Shown here: piece after piece, positions 1 through 9,105 of the stretch
Layout: each line of letters starts with the position of its first letter
How positions within the stretch are numbered: the stretch's first letter is position 1
Assembly (NCBI GenBank): GCA_964394405.1
Contig: CAYMVY010000001.1
Coordinates: 299,219 to 343,235 of the forward strand
Direction of reading: 5' to 3'
From: an uncultured Gammaproteobacteria bacterium
Lineage (GTDB): Bacteria > Patescibacteriota > Patescibacteriia > Magasanikbacterales > UBA922
DNA: 44,017 nucleotides
Notes under the pieces: model-generated
Seen by the model: only the letters and a program-made list of their open reading frames with translations
Database searches by the model: none
What the model was told of the DNA's origin: nothing
Translations under genes and position numbers: made by a program

Positions 1-211
1 TTAATAAGTTAATTAGTGCTGTTATTAGACCTCCCACTGATGCCGTAGCTAAAATCCAAAAGAATCGCTTGAGCCAATCAACATCTGTTCCTACTTTTGT
101 CAGATCGGTCTGCAAATGCACCAAATGATTGTCTTTGATTTCATTTACAGCTTTCTCAACTCTGTCGAGTCGTTCATCCTGTATTTGATTTTGATAATTT
201 GTTTTGTCCAT
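1..211 (-). CDS. Small membrane protein, partial (C-terminus runs off the window). XhlA-like, holin-associated candidate.
   Basis: The ATG at 211-209 lies 5 nt after the stop of the 1058-aa ORF. My translation is MDKTNYQNQIQDERLDRVEKAVNEIKDNHLVHLQTDLTKVGTDVDWLKRFFWILATASVGGLITALINLL with no stop before position 1. It has a coiled-coil-like N-terminal half plus one C-terminal hydrophobic helix. It is absent from the ORF track because it is open-ended. Confidence 0.4.
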   Translation of the reverse strand, partial: MDKTNYQNQIQDERLDRVEKAVNEIKDNHLVHLQTDLTKVGTDVDWLKRFFWILATASVGGLITALINLL

Positions 212-215
212 ATAA

Positions 216-3200
216 TTATTTCGGTACATATACCGAGTCGAATCTGTTGATGAGACCTCTGCTTTCCAATTCCTCCTCAAGTCGGTCTTGGACATCCCGA
301 TCACGCCAAAACTTTTCTTTTTCCATGTCGACTGACTTTGCTTTTGCACCGACAAGTCCGTACAGAAACTTCACGACTCCTGATGTGTTGTCATCGGAGA
401 GTTTTCCAGCGGTGGTGTAAAAGCGACCGAGAGCCGTGTTTAAGAAATGAAGCTTGTAAGCATTCGCACGATAGCTAACATTTCCGCTTTTATCTTTATG
501 TTCGCTGACCTCTAACCAGTCACGCAGTCCGGGGATCGCATTCACGAATGGATACACTCGGCTTCCTTCTTTTATCGGCTCGCCAGTGAACAGGTTTTGT
601 CCGGTAGCCGCCTCGATCGGATACTTCAAAATTGGTGATAATTCACCAACCATACTGGCCAATGTTCGTTTTGTACTTCCTTTATAAAGGCGGTTTATAT
701 CCTCAACCGGCAGACCCAGACCATAGAGGTATTGTGAGAATCCGTTTTTCTCCCCAAGTCGGACCGGCAATCCTTCTCGCATGTATGGAGGCAGATATTG
801 GAATTCCTCTTTGGCTTTTTCTTTGTCGACTTGGAGGTTATTCACAAACTTGCCGAGAGAGGCGTATTTACCGGGTTGTTTTACTATTTGCTCGAGCTGA
901 AGCGGAATGTTTCCACGAGTCCATCGATAGAACGGCAACAGTCGCTTCATAATATTTTGCTCGAAAGGTGCGAGTGCTTCCGGTGCATAGTCGAAGTGGA
1001 ATTGAAAAACCGATTTTGCAGCTTGCTCTGGTGCATCGCCTTTGACCAAGCGATCTACGAACAGAGGCAGACGCAATCGATTCTCAGTGATCTCCATTGC
1101 ATTTTTAGGCAGATCCATGAGCTTTCCGACAGCACCTTTAGTCATGTCTTTCTCGACCTCACGCATCACATCTAAATAACCGGGCTGTCCTACCACTCCC
1201 AATTTTTCGGCAATTTCTTTTATTTGTTGGTAGGTGTATTTCGTACCCAGCTTTGTTGTGATCGTTCCTTTTACTCCTCGTGCAATCTGATCGCCCTGGA
1301 GATATCGAGTAGGGTTTTTGACTCCAGCTATAAAGTTATTGAAAATTCCGCCAATTGAGTTTCGAACATGGAAAGCCGGAAACCATCCGGTCACTGATCC
1401 TTTCCAAAATCCAAGAGCTTTGTCGTAAACTTTAAGGAAGCCTTTTGTCGCTTCATCGCTTGTCAGCACCTTATAAGTCTCCTCAACATGCTTTACGATT
1501 TGCTCAGGCAGAAGTACGCCTTTTAGTTGAGGCACGGTGCTTTCTATATATCGCATTCCGTTGTCGAAGATTGGTTTGGCAGTTTCTTTTTTTACCATCT
1601 GTCCGCTGATCGGATGTTTGTATTCTTTGGTGACCATTTCGGCCTGTTTTCCAAATTGCTTCCCGACATCAGTCAAAAAGTCATAGGTGTTAACAGCTTT
1701 GATATGTTCGGCTTTGCGAGCACCAAATGCTTTGAATGCATCTTGCTCAAAGAGCTTCACGCCGTGAGTTTTGCGGAAGTAGCTATTGATATTTACGAGA
1801 GTATCATCAAGTGTTCGAGTTTTTGCGAATGGAGTGCTTACTCTCGTCTTTTGCAGAAGTTCTTTTGCAACATCACTATTATTTTGCAAAAACTCCCGAC
1901 CCTCCGGTGTCAGATAGTGGCGAAGATAATCTGGCAGAGTGTATTCGAGGAGACCTCTTTCTTTTTCTTTGGTGGCAAATGATTTATGTTGGCCTCTTAT
2001 GTAGTCAGTGATCTCGTTTATAACCTTATTGCCAGCTTGAGCAGTGTCATCGTTTACTTTCATCATTCCATTCCAATAAGGTTTCGGTACTTTTACGGCG
2101 GTTCCGGAATATAAGCGACTTTGATCTTTTCTACCGGTATAAAGCATTGCATCCAGCAATTCATCGCCTTGGCTTTCGGGCATGATAAAATACTGGACTT
2201 TTCCTTTTTTGATGACGATCGGACTTGGAAGACCGCCAGCATTTTTAAACTTCATTGAGCCGTCCTTAACTTTTACGAAAATATCAACATCATTCGGTTT
2301 TAATTTCCCCTCAACGGAAGATCCAAATACTTTCATGTCTACGATATTGTTTCGGTCGACTCCTTTTATGTCGCCGAGATCAACGCCCTTGACCATATCT
2401 TTGATTGGCTCAAGAGCTCTTGGCAGTGGTATTTGAGGCTTAGGAACATTCTCAAGTATTTTTCCGACTTCGATTCCAGCTTTATCTCCCAATTCTTTTC
2501 TGGCTGTTTTTCCGAGAGCAGATACTTCCTCAACAGCCTTTCCGACTTCTGATCTTGTAGCTTTGCTGAAGGCAGAAAATTTATCGACATAGTCCTCACC
2601 AATTCGTCCCGGCAATTCTTTGATGCTCTTAAATGGTACAAATGCTTTGCCAGCCAAGTCTTTTGCGCTCTCGTACATTTTCCCGACTACCGGAGTTTTT
2701 TCAACAAGCCAATCTACGGCCTTGAACGGAGCGGTCACGGCCGATCGTGGCAATATTTGTTTACCAGCAAATTTCAGACCGCCTTTTGCGAGAAACTTTT
2801 CACCACCCTCTGCAAGCACCTTTTCGGCGAGCATCTTTCTTGCACCTTGTTCGCCGACTTCGAGAATAGACTTCTTAAGCAGTGATGTTCCGGTCTTACT
2901 GAGCACCACCGTTCCGGCTTTGGTTGCGAGTTTTGCACCAGCACCGTAGCCAAAACTTAAATAAGTTGTTGGATCAAGTAGAATATCTGCAATAAATCCA
3001 CCGACCTTGCTTTTAATGCCAAGTGCTTCAGATGGCTGAATGTGCTCTTTAATTCCTGCCTTGATTCCTTTTCCGCTTATAAGACCGCCGACTGCATATC
3101 CTCCGGTATTGAGCACATGGAGTATTTTTTGCAGTGTTGATTCTTTGGGTTGAGTGGAGGATACATCCACATTATTTTGCAAAGCAAAATCTCGCAGTCC

Positions 3201-3392
3201 TTCGACAGTTGTCACATTCGGTTTACCGGCCGTTTTCTCTACCTCAGTCGTCACAAACTTTCCCTCGGCATTCTTTTGGTATTTCACTGTGGTACCGGCC
3301 GATGATGGTTTTGATGTCGTGAGTGGAGGAGAGACTGGTGCAGAACCGGTATTTATATATTTTCCTGTTTTAGGGTCTTTGATGTAAGACAT
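216..3392 (-). CDS. Large (1058 aa) virion-associated or ejection-type protein with an embedded minimal nucleotidyltransferase motif.
   Basis: The long ORF starts with ATG and lies at the distal end of the structural module, just before the lysis-type gene. Residues ~355-373 read VFGSSVEGKLKPNDVDIFV, matching G-S-x9-D-x-D of Pol-beta-fold NTases. The rest of the protein is unrecognised. Confidence 0.6.
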   Translation of the reverse strand: MSYIKDPKTGKYINTGSAPVSPPLTTSKPSSAGTTVKYQKNAEGKFVTTEVEKTAGKPNVTTVEGLRDFALQNNVDVSSTQPKESTLQKILHVLNTGGYAVGGLISGKGIKAGIKEHIQPSEALGIKSKVGGFIADILLDPTTYLSFGYGAGAKLATKAGTVVLSKTGTSLLKKSILEVGEQGARKMLAEKVLAEGGEKFLAKGGLKFAGKQILPRSAVTAPFKAVDWLVEKTPVVGKMYESAKDLAGKAFVPFKSIKELPGRIGEDYVDKFSAFSKATRSEVGKAVEEVSALGKTARKELGDKAGIEVGKILENVPKPQIPLPRALEPIKDMVKGVDLGDIKGVDRNNIVDMKVFGSSVEGKLKPNDVDIFVKVKDGSMKFKNAGGLPSPIVIKKGKVQYFIMPESQGDELLDAMLYTGRKDQSRLYSGTAVKVPKPYWNGMMKVNDDTAQAGNKVINEITDYIRGQHKSFATKEKERGLLEYTLPDYLRHYLTPEGREFLQNNSDVAKELLQKTRVSTPFAKTRTLDDTLVNINSYFRKTHGVKLFEQDAFKAFGARKAEHIKAVNTYDFLTDVGKQFGKQAEMVTKEYKHPISGQMVKKETAKPIFDNGMRYIESTVPQLKGVLLPEQIVKHVEETYKVLTSDEATKGFLKVYDKALGFWKGSVTGWFPAFHVRNSIGGIFNNFIAGVKNPTRYLQGDQIARGVKGTITTKLGTKYTYQQIKEIAEKLGVVGQPGYLDVMREVEKDMTKGAVGKLMDLPKNAMEITENRLRLPLFVDRLVKGDAPEQAAKSVFQFHFDYAPEALAPFEQNIMKRLLPFYRWTRGNIPLQLEQIVKQPGKYASLGKFVNNLQVDKEKAKEEFQYLPPYMREGLPVRLGEKNGFSQYLYGLGLPVEDINRLYKGSTKRTLASMVGELSPILKYPIEAATGQNLFTGEPIKEGSRVYPFVNAIPGLRDWLEVSEHKDKSGNVSYRANAYKLHFLNTALGRFYTTAGKLSDDNTSGVVKFLYGLVGAKAKSVDMEKEKFWRDRDVQDRLEEELESRGLINRFDSVYVPK

Positions 3393-3398
3393 AGTATT

Positions 3399-4742
3399 TT
3401 AATTTCCGATACCAAAAAGTCCTTTGAAGAAATTTTTACTGGTGTTAAATCCAGACTTCGCAAGGTTCGGTATCTTTTGTGTAAATACATCTTTGACCCC
3501 AGCACCAAAGTCTTGAGCTGTTATCTTTGGCTGACTTGCTTTCAATGCTTGAGCGGCCACCGCATCGGCCTGCTGTTGTGCGTTCGCTTCAGAAATAATT
3601 TGATCTCGTTTCTTGAGGACTTGCGCTCGAATGTTTTGAGGCACATTGCTTGCGGTGAAGTTCGGGTTATTTAGAAGTTCAAGTGCATAGGCTTCGACAT
3701 CGCTTGCCGAACCTCCGGCATCTGATCCGCTACCACTCGCTTTCTTTGTACCGGCCACTTTTGTGCCAGCAATATCAAGCACTGTTCCGGCTGGAGTATC
3801 GTTGGCCAGCTGGGCAAGCTTTATCGCTCGATCAATCACATCTTGAGCTTCTTTCTTTTCCTGTTCTTTTCCGAACTTGGCGGAATCAATTAAATTCGCA
3901 ACATCTTTTTCCGAAGCACCGAATACTTGGCTCAATAAGTCACCGAGTACACCGTATTGATCCTTTTGGAATCCGAGAGTTTTCTCGGCCACAGTAAGAG
4001 GCAGAGTTGAATCCTCGTATTGCATACCAGCAATTTCTTTCGCTGATGTTTCGGCTGTACCCATTTGAGTGGCGAGCTTATTTCTTTCGCTGAGCAGTTT
4101 TCGGTATTCGTCTATAAGCGGTTGTTTTTCTGAAGCTACTAATCTTTGGGTTTGGCTTTCAGTGACGAGTCCGCCACTTCCGACAATTCTGTCTCGGATA
4201 TCTTTTTCCGAACTATTGATTGATTCCTCCATTGTCGCCAGTCTGTTATCCAAGCTCAGCAAATTCTTTTCCATCGTGTCGATACCTTTTTTCGTTCTTT
4301 CTTGCTGGTAGATATCCGATTTTTTAGGCAGGTTTTGTAGAGTGTTCAGGTAGCTGGTCTGGCTGTCTTGCATGCTTTTTAAGGCGGTATCAAGGCCTAA
4401 TTCGGACCGGTATTGCTTGAGCAAAGAAGTGTTAGAAGGCACATCAGTCCCATACATCGTGGTCTTTTCTGGTACACCGGTCGTCCCCGGGCTCGAATTT
4501 TGGGCAACGGGGGTCGTTACTGGTTTAGAAGGTGTCACGGTGGGACTTGGGCTCGGAACGCTCGCCTTAGGGGCAACAACGGGTGAAGCCTGTGATCCGG
4601 GCAAATTTAAGGCAGAACCGGCGTATATCAGGTTAGGATTCTTGATAGTCGGATTGGCTTTCAGAAGATCGTTGACGGTGGTGCCGTGCTGTTTGGCGAT
4701 TCCCGAAAGGGTTTGACCTTTTAGTATTGTTATTTGCGACAT
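3399..4742 (-). CDS. LysM-domain protein with a Pro/Ser/Thr-rich linker and a long helical region (virion-associated peptidoglycan-binding candidate).
   Basis: The N-terminus ITILKGQTLSGIAKQHGTTVNDLLKANPTIKNPNLIYAGSALNLP is a typical LysM repeat. It is followed by an SPVVAPKASVPSPSPTVTPSKPVTTP linker. I see no catalytic motif. Confidence 0.75.
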   Translation of the reverse strand: MSQITILKGQTLSGIAKQHGTTVNDLLKANPTIKNPNLIYAGSALNLPGSQASPVVAPKASVPSPSPTVTPSKPVTTPVAQNSSPGTTGVPEKTTMYGTDVPSNTSLLKQYRSELGLDTALKSMQDSQTSYLNTLQNLPKKSDIYQQERTKKGIDTMEKNLLSLDNRLATMEESINSSEKDIRDRIVGSGGLVTESQTQRLVASEKQPLIDEYRKLLSERNKLATQMGTAETSAKEIAGMQYEDSTLPLTVAEKTLGFQKDQYGVLGDLLSQVFGASEKDVANLIDSAKFGKEQEKKEAQDVIDRAIKLAQLANDTPAGTVLDIAGTKVAGTKKASGSGSDAGGSASDVEAYALELLNNPNFTASNVPQNIRAQVLKKRDQIISEANAQQQADAVAAQALKASQPKITAQDFGAGVKDVFTQKIPNLAKSGFNTSKNFFKGLFGIGN

Positions 4743-4746
4743 ATGT

Positions 4747-4950
4747 TTAAGTGAGAGTTACATACCTCCAACTGCCGTTGAAAAAAATATAAAAACGGCG
4801 TGTACCTCCATTCTCATAAAGAGCAAAACTGATCGGCGTTCTCGGCGTATCCGATGGTGCCGAGTTCAATACTGGAATATCTCGGAGGAGGTTGAGTATT
4901 GAACCCAGATTTGGATCAAATGGTTGATCTTGGTTTGGTGTGTTGCTCAT
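4747..4950 (-). CDS. Hypothetical small phage protein.
   Basis: ATG start, tightly packed in the same-strand gene array, with a 4-nt overlap with the upstream gene. Confidence 0.4.
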   Translation of the reverse strand: MSNTPNQDQPFDPNLGSILNLLRDIPVLNSAPSDTPRTPISFALYENGGTRRFYIFFNGSWRYVTLT

Positions 4951-5144
4951 GTTATTGGAAGTTTTTTATATTCGTCCAAGACCTCATTAATTTGGACGAG
5001 CTGTTGTTGCATGGTGGCGATTTGTTTTTCCATTTCCTCTTTTTGTTTTTGTAGAGCAGGAATATTCACGACTGAGACTGACTCATGTGTGTCAATCTTT
5101 TTTGCATTTTCGTTATCAATTTTTTCTAAAGTGAAATTACTCAT
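4947..5144 (-). CDS. Hypothetical small coiled-coil phage protein.
   Basis: ATG start, packed in the same-strand array. The sequence is charged and heptad-like (QKQKEEMEKQIATMQQQLVQINEVLDEYKK). Confidence 0.4.
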   Translation of the reverse strand: MSNFTLEKIDNENAKKIDTHESVSVVNIPALQKQKEEMEKQIATMQQQLVQINEVLDEYKKLPIT

Positions 5145-5148
5145 ATAT

Positions 5149-6840
5149 TTATTTGATTATTCTGTCCGGCACAAAGACGGCTGAGACATCTTTTACTCCC
5201 ATGTCCCATTCGCCCGAGTATCCGGAATTACTCCAAACTTCGACCTTGAATTGAATCTTTTTCGACCTCGCATTGAACCGAAGCATTTTGTTAACTTTGC
5301 CTTGGTTCTCATTTCCTTTGATCGTTCCGAGTCTTTTGAAAGGCGTAATCGCCACATAATCTCCGGCTTGCAGATATCCCTGCGAAGTTCCGACATAGTA
5401 CAGAGTCTCGTCCAGATAAATTGTTTTAGTTACGGTATCTATGCTTTTTATGTGTCTTATCTGTCCAGCCGCAGGACCGGCAAGCACAATTACTTCGTCA
5501 CCGACTTCAATCGAGCTACCAATGGATGAAACAGTAAAATAATCGTAACTACCACCAGTCACATACTTCGCTTGATCTCTTATATTCTGTTCGGTGATAT
5601 TGTATTTAATTTCAAATCTCGCAAAACTGCTGTTTGGCATCGGCTTGAAAAAGTTCAAAATAAACTGTTTCCATCTTTTGCGAAGATATGGCTCGTTGTC
5701 GATCAACGGACTAATCCAATACGCCCCGAATTCATAAGGCCTGAATGTTCCGGTTTCGTGATTCACATCAATAATTGATTTGTTGCCGTCGCCATACATC
5801 ACTCGAATTGTATTGTTGTCGACATAAAGTCCGTACATGACCGATACTCCGGGAGTCACATGATTGACCGCACCGCTTGATACTCGGTGTTTGAAATACA
5901 GAGCGTTGGTTGCTGGGTTATAGCACCATATTCCGCAATACTGGCTTCGGCGACTTACATCGTAGGTGTTTGATCCTTTCGCAATGAGAATGGTGCCTTG
6001 ATAGACTTTCATGCACCCGGCCTTTAGCGAGATGTAGTCCTCGTGGTTCATTTCCGGAAAGCGATTCAGTTTTTCAATTCCAGAACCATTGAATCGGCAA
6101 ATCCAGCCGTCTCTCGTCAAAAAGTACAGAACATTTTTATCTACCACTCCAGCAAGACTTTGAGTTTGAGTTAATTGCAGGACACGATTATAAGTCTGAG
6201 AATATCCATCCCAGAAAAATAAAGCCGAGCCGAATGTCGGATGGTGGGCGGAAATAACCAGATAGTCGGTAAGCGGTGCGAGCCAGACGATCACATATCC
6301 GGTCGGCAGTGTCAGTTTGTTTGGATTCCAAACGGTGGCACTGGTGTCCCATGTGGCCAGATAGTTTTTATTGCCAAAGCAAATAAATTTCAAAAACTTG
6401 GTAATCGGCACATCGTCAAACGCCGTATTCACATTGAATGATTGCCAGTTGTCGACCCAAGTATTTTTATCAAAGCGTCCCACCCATGTGCTTCCGGCGT
6501 AGTACATGTAGTCGTCATCGGCATATAATCCGCTTCCTCCCCAGATGTTCGTGCTGTCATGCACCTCAACCCAGCTACTGTAATCGTTTTCAAAAATCTT
6601 TCCGTCATCATGATTGACGCAATAATATCGGTAATTGAAATAGCACATGTAATTCGGTTCATCGAGTGTCGGAACGCTTACACTGTCGCTCTCCTTGAAA
6701 AACTTATTAGCTACTTTCAAAAATGGCGGATATTGATCAAACTCCAGACCGTTTGCAAACCAAAAAGTTCCCTCGGCATTAAGGTTTGATATGCCTTTGT
6801 GGAATTGCGAAGTTTTCCAGATTTTTTTTGGTAATGACAT
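5149..6840 (-). CDS. Phage structural protein (tail or receptor-binding module candidate); function unrecognised.
   Basis: A 563-aa ORF with an ATG start in the tail-gene region. It is aromatic- and Gly-rich, beta-type in composition. Confidence 0.5.
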   Translation of the reverse strand: MSLPKKIWKTSQFHKGISNLNAEGTFWFANGLEFDQYPPFLKVANKFFKESDSVSVPTLDEPNYMCYFNYRYYCVNHDDGKIFENDYSSWVEVHDSTNIWGGSGLYADDDYMYYAGSTWVGRFDKNTWVDNWQSFNVNTAFDDVPITKFLKFICFGNKNYLATWDTSATVWNPNKLTLPTGYVIVWLAPLTDYLVISAHHPTFGSALFFWDGYSQTYNRVLQLTQTQSLAGVVDKNVLYFLTRDGWICRFNGSGIEKLNRFPEMNHEDYISLKAGCMKVYQGTILIAKGSNTYDVSRRSQYCGIWCYNPATNALYFKHRVSSGAVNHVTPGVSVMYGLYVDNNTIRVMYGDGNKSIIDVNHETGTFRPYEFGAYWISPLIDNEPYLRKRWKQFILNFFKPMPNSSFARFEIKYNITEQNIRDQAKYVTGGSYDYFTVSSIGSSIEVGDEVIVLAGPAAGQIRHIKSIDTVTKTIYLDETLYYVGTSQGYLQAGDYVAITPFKRLGTIKGNENQGKVNKMLRFNARSKKIQFKVEVWSNSGYSGEWDMGVKDVSAVFVPDRIIK

Positions 6841-6849
6841 AACGGTTGT

Positions 6850-7482
6850 TTATACGAGACTGCTTCTTGGAATTTCCGCCTGATCCGAAGCTGATGCCAT
6901 TCTGGCCAGTTCTTGATCACGCCATTTTCCAAGCATTACTCTCTCAAAGTTATTATCGGCTTGCCGTTCCAGTTCGGTATCGCCCTGTTGGTTGTAATAC
7001 ATTTTCTTGCCCCATTCGACATAGGCTTGGTGGTATAACTTCTCGACTTCCGGCTCGTCATTGTCGGACGCAAAGTCATCGGATATTCTGACAAAGACAA
7101 ATCTCATAGCATTGCCATCAGTTGTCGGAGTTGATACCGGATAAAAATATCCGCCCAGCATATACACCGCATGGTTATCAAACTTGTCTCTGTCTCGGAA
7201 GTCGATCAGCTTAAAAGGTGTTTTGTCCGTCCCGATTCTTAGTTCGATAAACGCACGATAATTTTCCGGTAATGGATATTTTTCTTGGTTGGCAACCGTT
7301 GTGAACGGTTGCTCGGTTTTGAGATAGTCCCAATAATCAAAGGTTTGATCTCTGTCCTCCGGTGGTCGCCAGCTTTGCACTTTTTCATCGGCTCTCTGTA
7401 TCCATGTGTTCAGCAATGAAGCATCGAGTGTTTGATCATCGACTTCGTTTTTTATTGCAGTTTTAATTTCGCCTCTGGTCAT
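6850..7482 (-). CDS. Phage structural protein, unrecognised.
   Basis: A 210-aa ORF with an ATG start, packed in the array. Confidence 0.45.
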   Translation of the reverse strand: MTRGEIKTAIKNEVDDQTLDASLLNTWIQRADEKVQSWRPPEDRDQTFDYWDYLKTEQPFTTVANQEKYPLPENYRAFIELRIGTDKTPFKLIDFRDRDKFDNHAVYMLGGYFYPVSTPTTDGNAMRFVFVRISDDFASDNDEPEVEKLYHQAYVEWGKKMYYNQQGDTELERQADNNFERVMLGKWRDQELARMASASDQAEIPRSSLV

Positions 7483-7487
7483 AGGTT

Positions 7488-7802
7488 TTAAATGTCATCA
7501 CGAATGATGATTGATAATTGCTTATATCCGGTCTGGATTTTACCGTCGGGAAAAGTGACCTCGACCTCTCCCAAGTAAGTCGCAACCGTGTTGGTATCCG
7601 ATCCCGACCAGTTATATCGGCATTTGCCTTTAGTGGCATCGGTGATCACACAGGCGGTTCCGTTGATCTTTACCGATCCAGTGGTCGCATCCTTCATGTA
7701 GAATTTGACCGTGCATCCGGTCAGATCCACCGGCGAGCCGTCTTGAGTCAGGCTGAATTCCAATGGCGGTCTGGTGTCGTTTTGTACGATTTTTATGCTC
7801 AT
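7488..7802 (-). CDS. Small beta-rich phage protein, possibly an Ig-like (BppU-N-like) domain.
   Basis: The pattern LEFSLTQDGSPVDLTGCTVKFYMKD...GKCRYNWSGSDT...YLGEVEVTFPDG resembles Ig-like baseplate or decoration domains. This is recognition by eye only. Confidence 0.4.
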   Translation of the reverse strand: MSIKIVQNDTRPPLEFSLTQDGSPVDLTGCTVKFYMKDATTGSVKINGTACVITDATKGKCRYNWSGSDTNTVATYLGEVEVTFPDGKIQTGYKQLSIIIRDDI

Positions 7803-9100
7803 AGGTTTATATCTTTTTTATTGCTCGGCAGATTGATATCGCTCTTGGATGTTTGCATCTGCTGATCGTGCCGTGCAGTTTTGACCTCAATGTTTGGCTT
7901 GGCCGTGATAAGACCGAGAGTCTCTTTTGCCGAAAGCATCAGGACCGACAATTTGGCTGATAAAAATTCAACGGCAATTTTTACTCCCTCGATTACTTTC
8001 CAAATGCGGAAGCGATAAGTCCAAGCTTTGGCTATCAGTCCTCGGATATCGAAAACATACGACCACTGTTTTCCGATTCCTATCAGAACATCGAATGCGT
8101 ATGTCCACGCTTTGGCAATCTTGCTTAAAATATCCAGCACATAGACTTCAGTCTTGGCGATCAAACTTCTGATGTCCCACACATAGCTTTCAATCTTGGC
8201 AATGAGCGTTCTTATATCCAGTTTGTAGGCGGTTATTCGTTCGGCTAAATTCTTGATATCAAATAAATATCTGGTGAGCTTGTTTGCCAAACTTCGGATG
8301 TCGAGGATGTAAGTCGTTTGTCTCACTGCGAGAAGCAAAATATCCAACGCATAGCCGACAGTCTTTTCAATCTTGTTGAGAATGTCGAGAATGTATCTTT
8401 GTGTTTTGGCAATCAGGCTTCTGATATCAAAACTGTAAGTCCAATATTTTGCGATCAATGCTCTGATATCGTGCAGGTAGCTTATTTGCTTTTCAGCAAG
8501 GTTTTGGATATCGAGTTTGTAGTTATGAATTCTCGCCACCACACCGCCAATGTCTATCAGGTAAGATTGAAGTTTGGTTGCAAGATTTCTAATATTCAGC
8601 TTGTAGCTCGTCTGTCTAATTGCGGAAAGGAATGAGTCAAGGCGGTATGTCAGCGTTTTGCCGAGTGTGAGCAAAATATCCAACAGATAGTTTGTTTGCT
8701 TTACGGCCAGCTGTCTGATATCCAACTTATAAATCACTCCCATTAATGCACCGCCGATTACATCCCACACATACGAGACTGCTTTTGCCGTCAGCTGTCG
8801 CATATCCCATGCGTAAGTCATGGCTTTTGCGATCAGGCTCTTGATATCCAGCACATACGAGATCGCTTTGCTTATCACCGCATAAACATCCAGTACATAA
8901 GTTTCGGTTTTCTCTATCAGGTTTAGAATGTCTGTTTTGTAAGTCGTCAGATTGAAAACCGAGACGAATTGATCAAAGACATAAGTGATCGGTCTGGCTA
9001 TCAGTCCAAGAACATCCATCGCATAGCTCATCACTTTGGCGATTGGTTTTGTCGCCGTACTGTTAAGCTGTGCCGTGTTGAATTGATAAGCGTTGAACAT
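7799..9100 (-). CDS. Repeat protein: 25 tandem in-phase 14-residue units (Y-x-h-D-I-R-x-L-I-A-K-x-x-x). Fibre or rod candidate.
   Basis: I counted units from Y26 to residue 375 with no indel (YAMDVLGLIARPIT, YVFDQFVSVFNLTT, ... YVFDIRGLIAKAWT, YRFRIWKVIEGVKI). The arithmetic 25 + 350 + 58 = 433 aa checks out. Confidence 0.65.
   Translation of the reverse strand: MFNAYQFNTAQLNSTATKPIAKVMSYAMDVLGLIARPITYVFDQFVSVFNLTTYKTDILNLIEKTETYVLDVYAVISKAISYVLDIKSLIAKAMTYAWDMRQLTAKAVSYVWDVIGGALMGVIYKLDIRQLAVKQTNYLLDILLTLGKTLTYRLDSFLSAIRQTSYKLNIRNLATKLQSYLIDIGGVVARIHNYKLDIQNLAEKQISYLHDIRALIAKYWTYSFDIRSLIAKTQRYILDILNKIEKTVGYALDILLLAVRQTTYILDIRSLANKLTRYLFDIKNLAERITAYKLDIRTLIAKIESYVWDIRSLIAKTEVYVLDILSKIAKAWTYAFDVLIGIGKQWSYVFDIRGLIAKAWTYRFRIWKVIEGVKIAVEFLSAKLSVLMLSAKETLGLITAKPNIEVKTARHDQQMQTSKSDINLPSNKKDINL
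7976..9025 (-). repeat. Coding tandem repeat with 42-nt period, 25 copies.
   Basis: This is the DNA footprint of the 14-aa repeat array. The copies are degenerate at nucleotide level but strictly phased. Confidence 0.7.
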
Positions 9101-9105
9101 AGTCT

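Noticed and set aside
7976-9025. Regular 42-nt periodicity that could be mistaken for a CRISPR array or non-coding tandem repeat.
   Set aside because: It lies in one uninterrupted reading frame. The periodicity is at amino-acid level (14 aa), and there are no conserved direct repeats separated by unique spacers.
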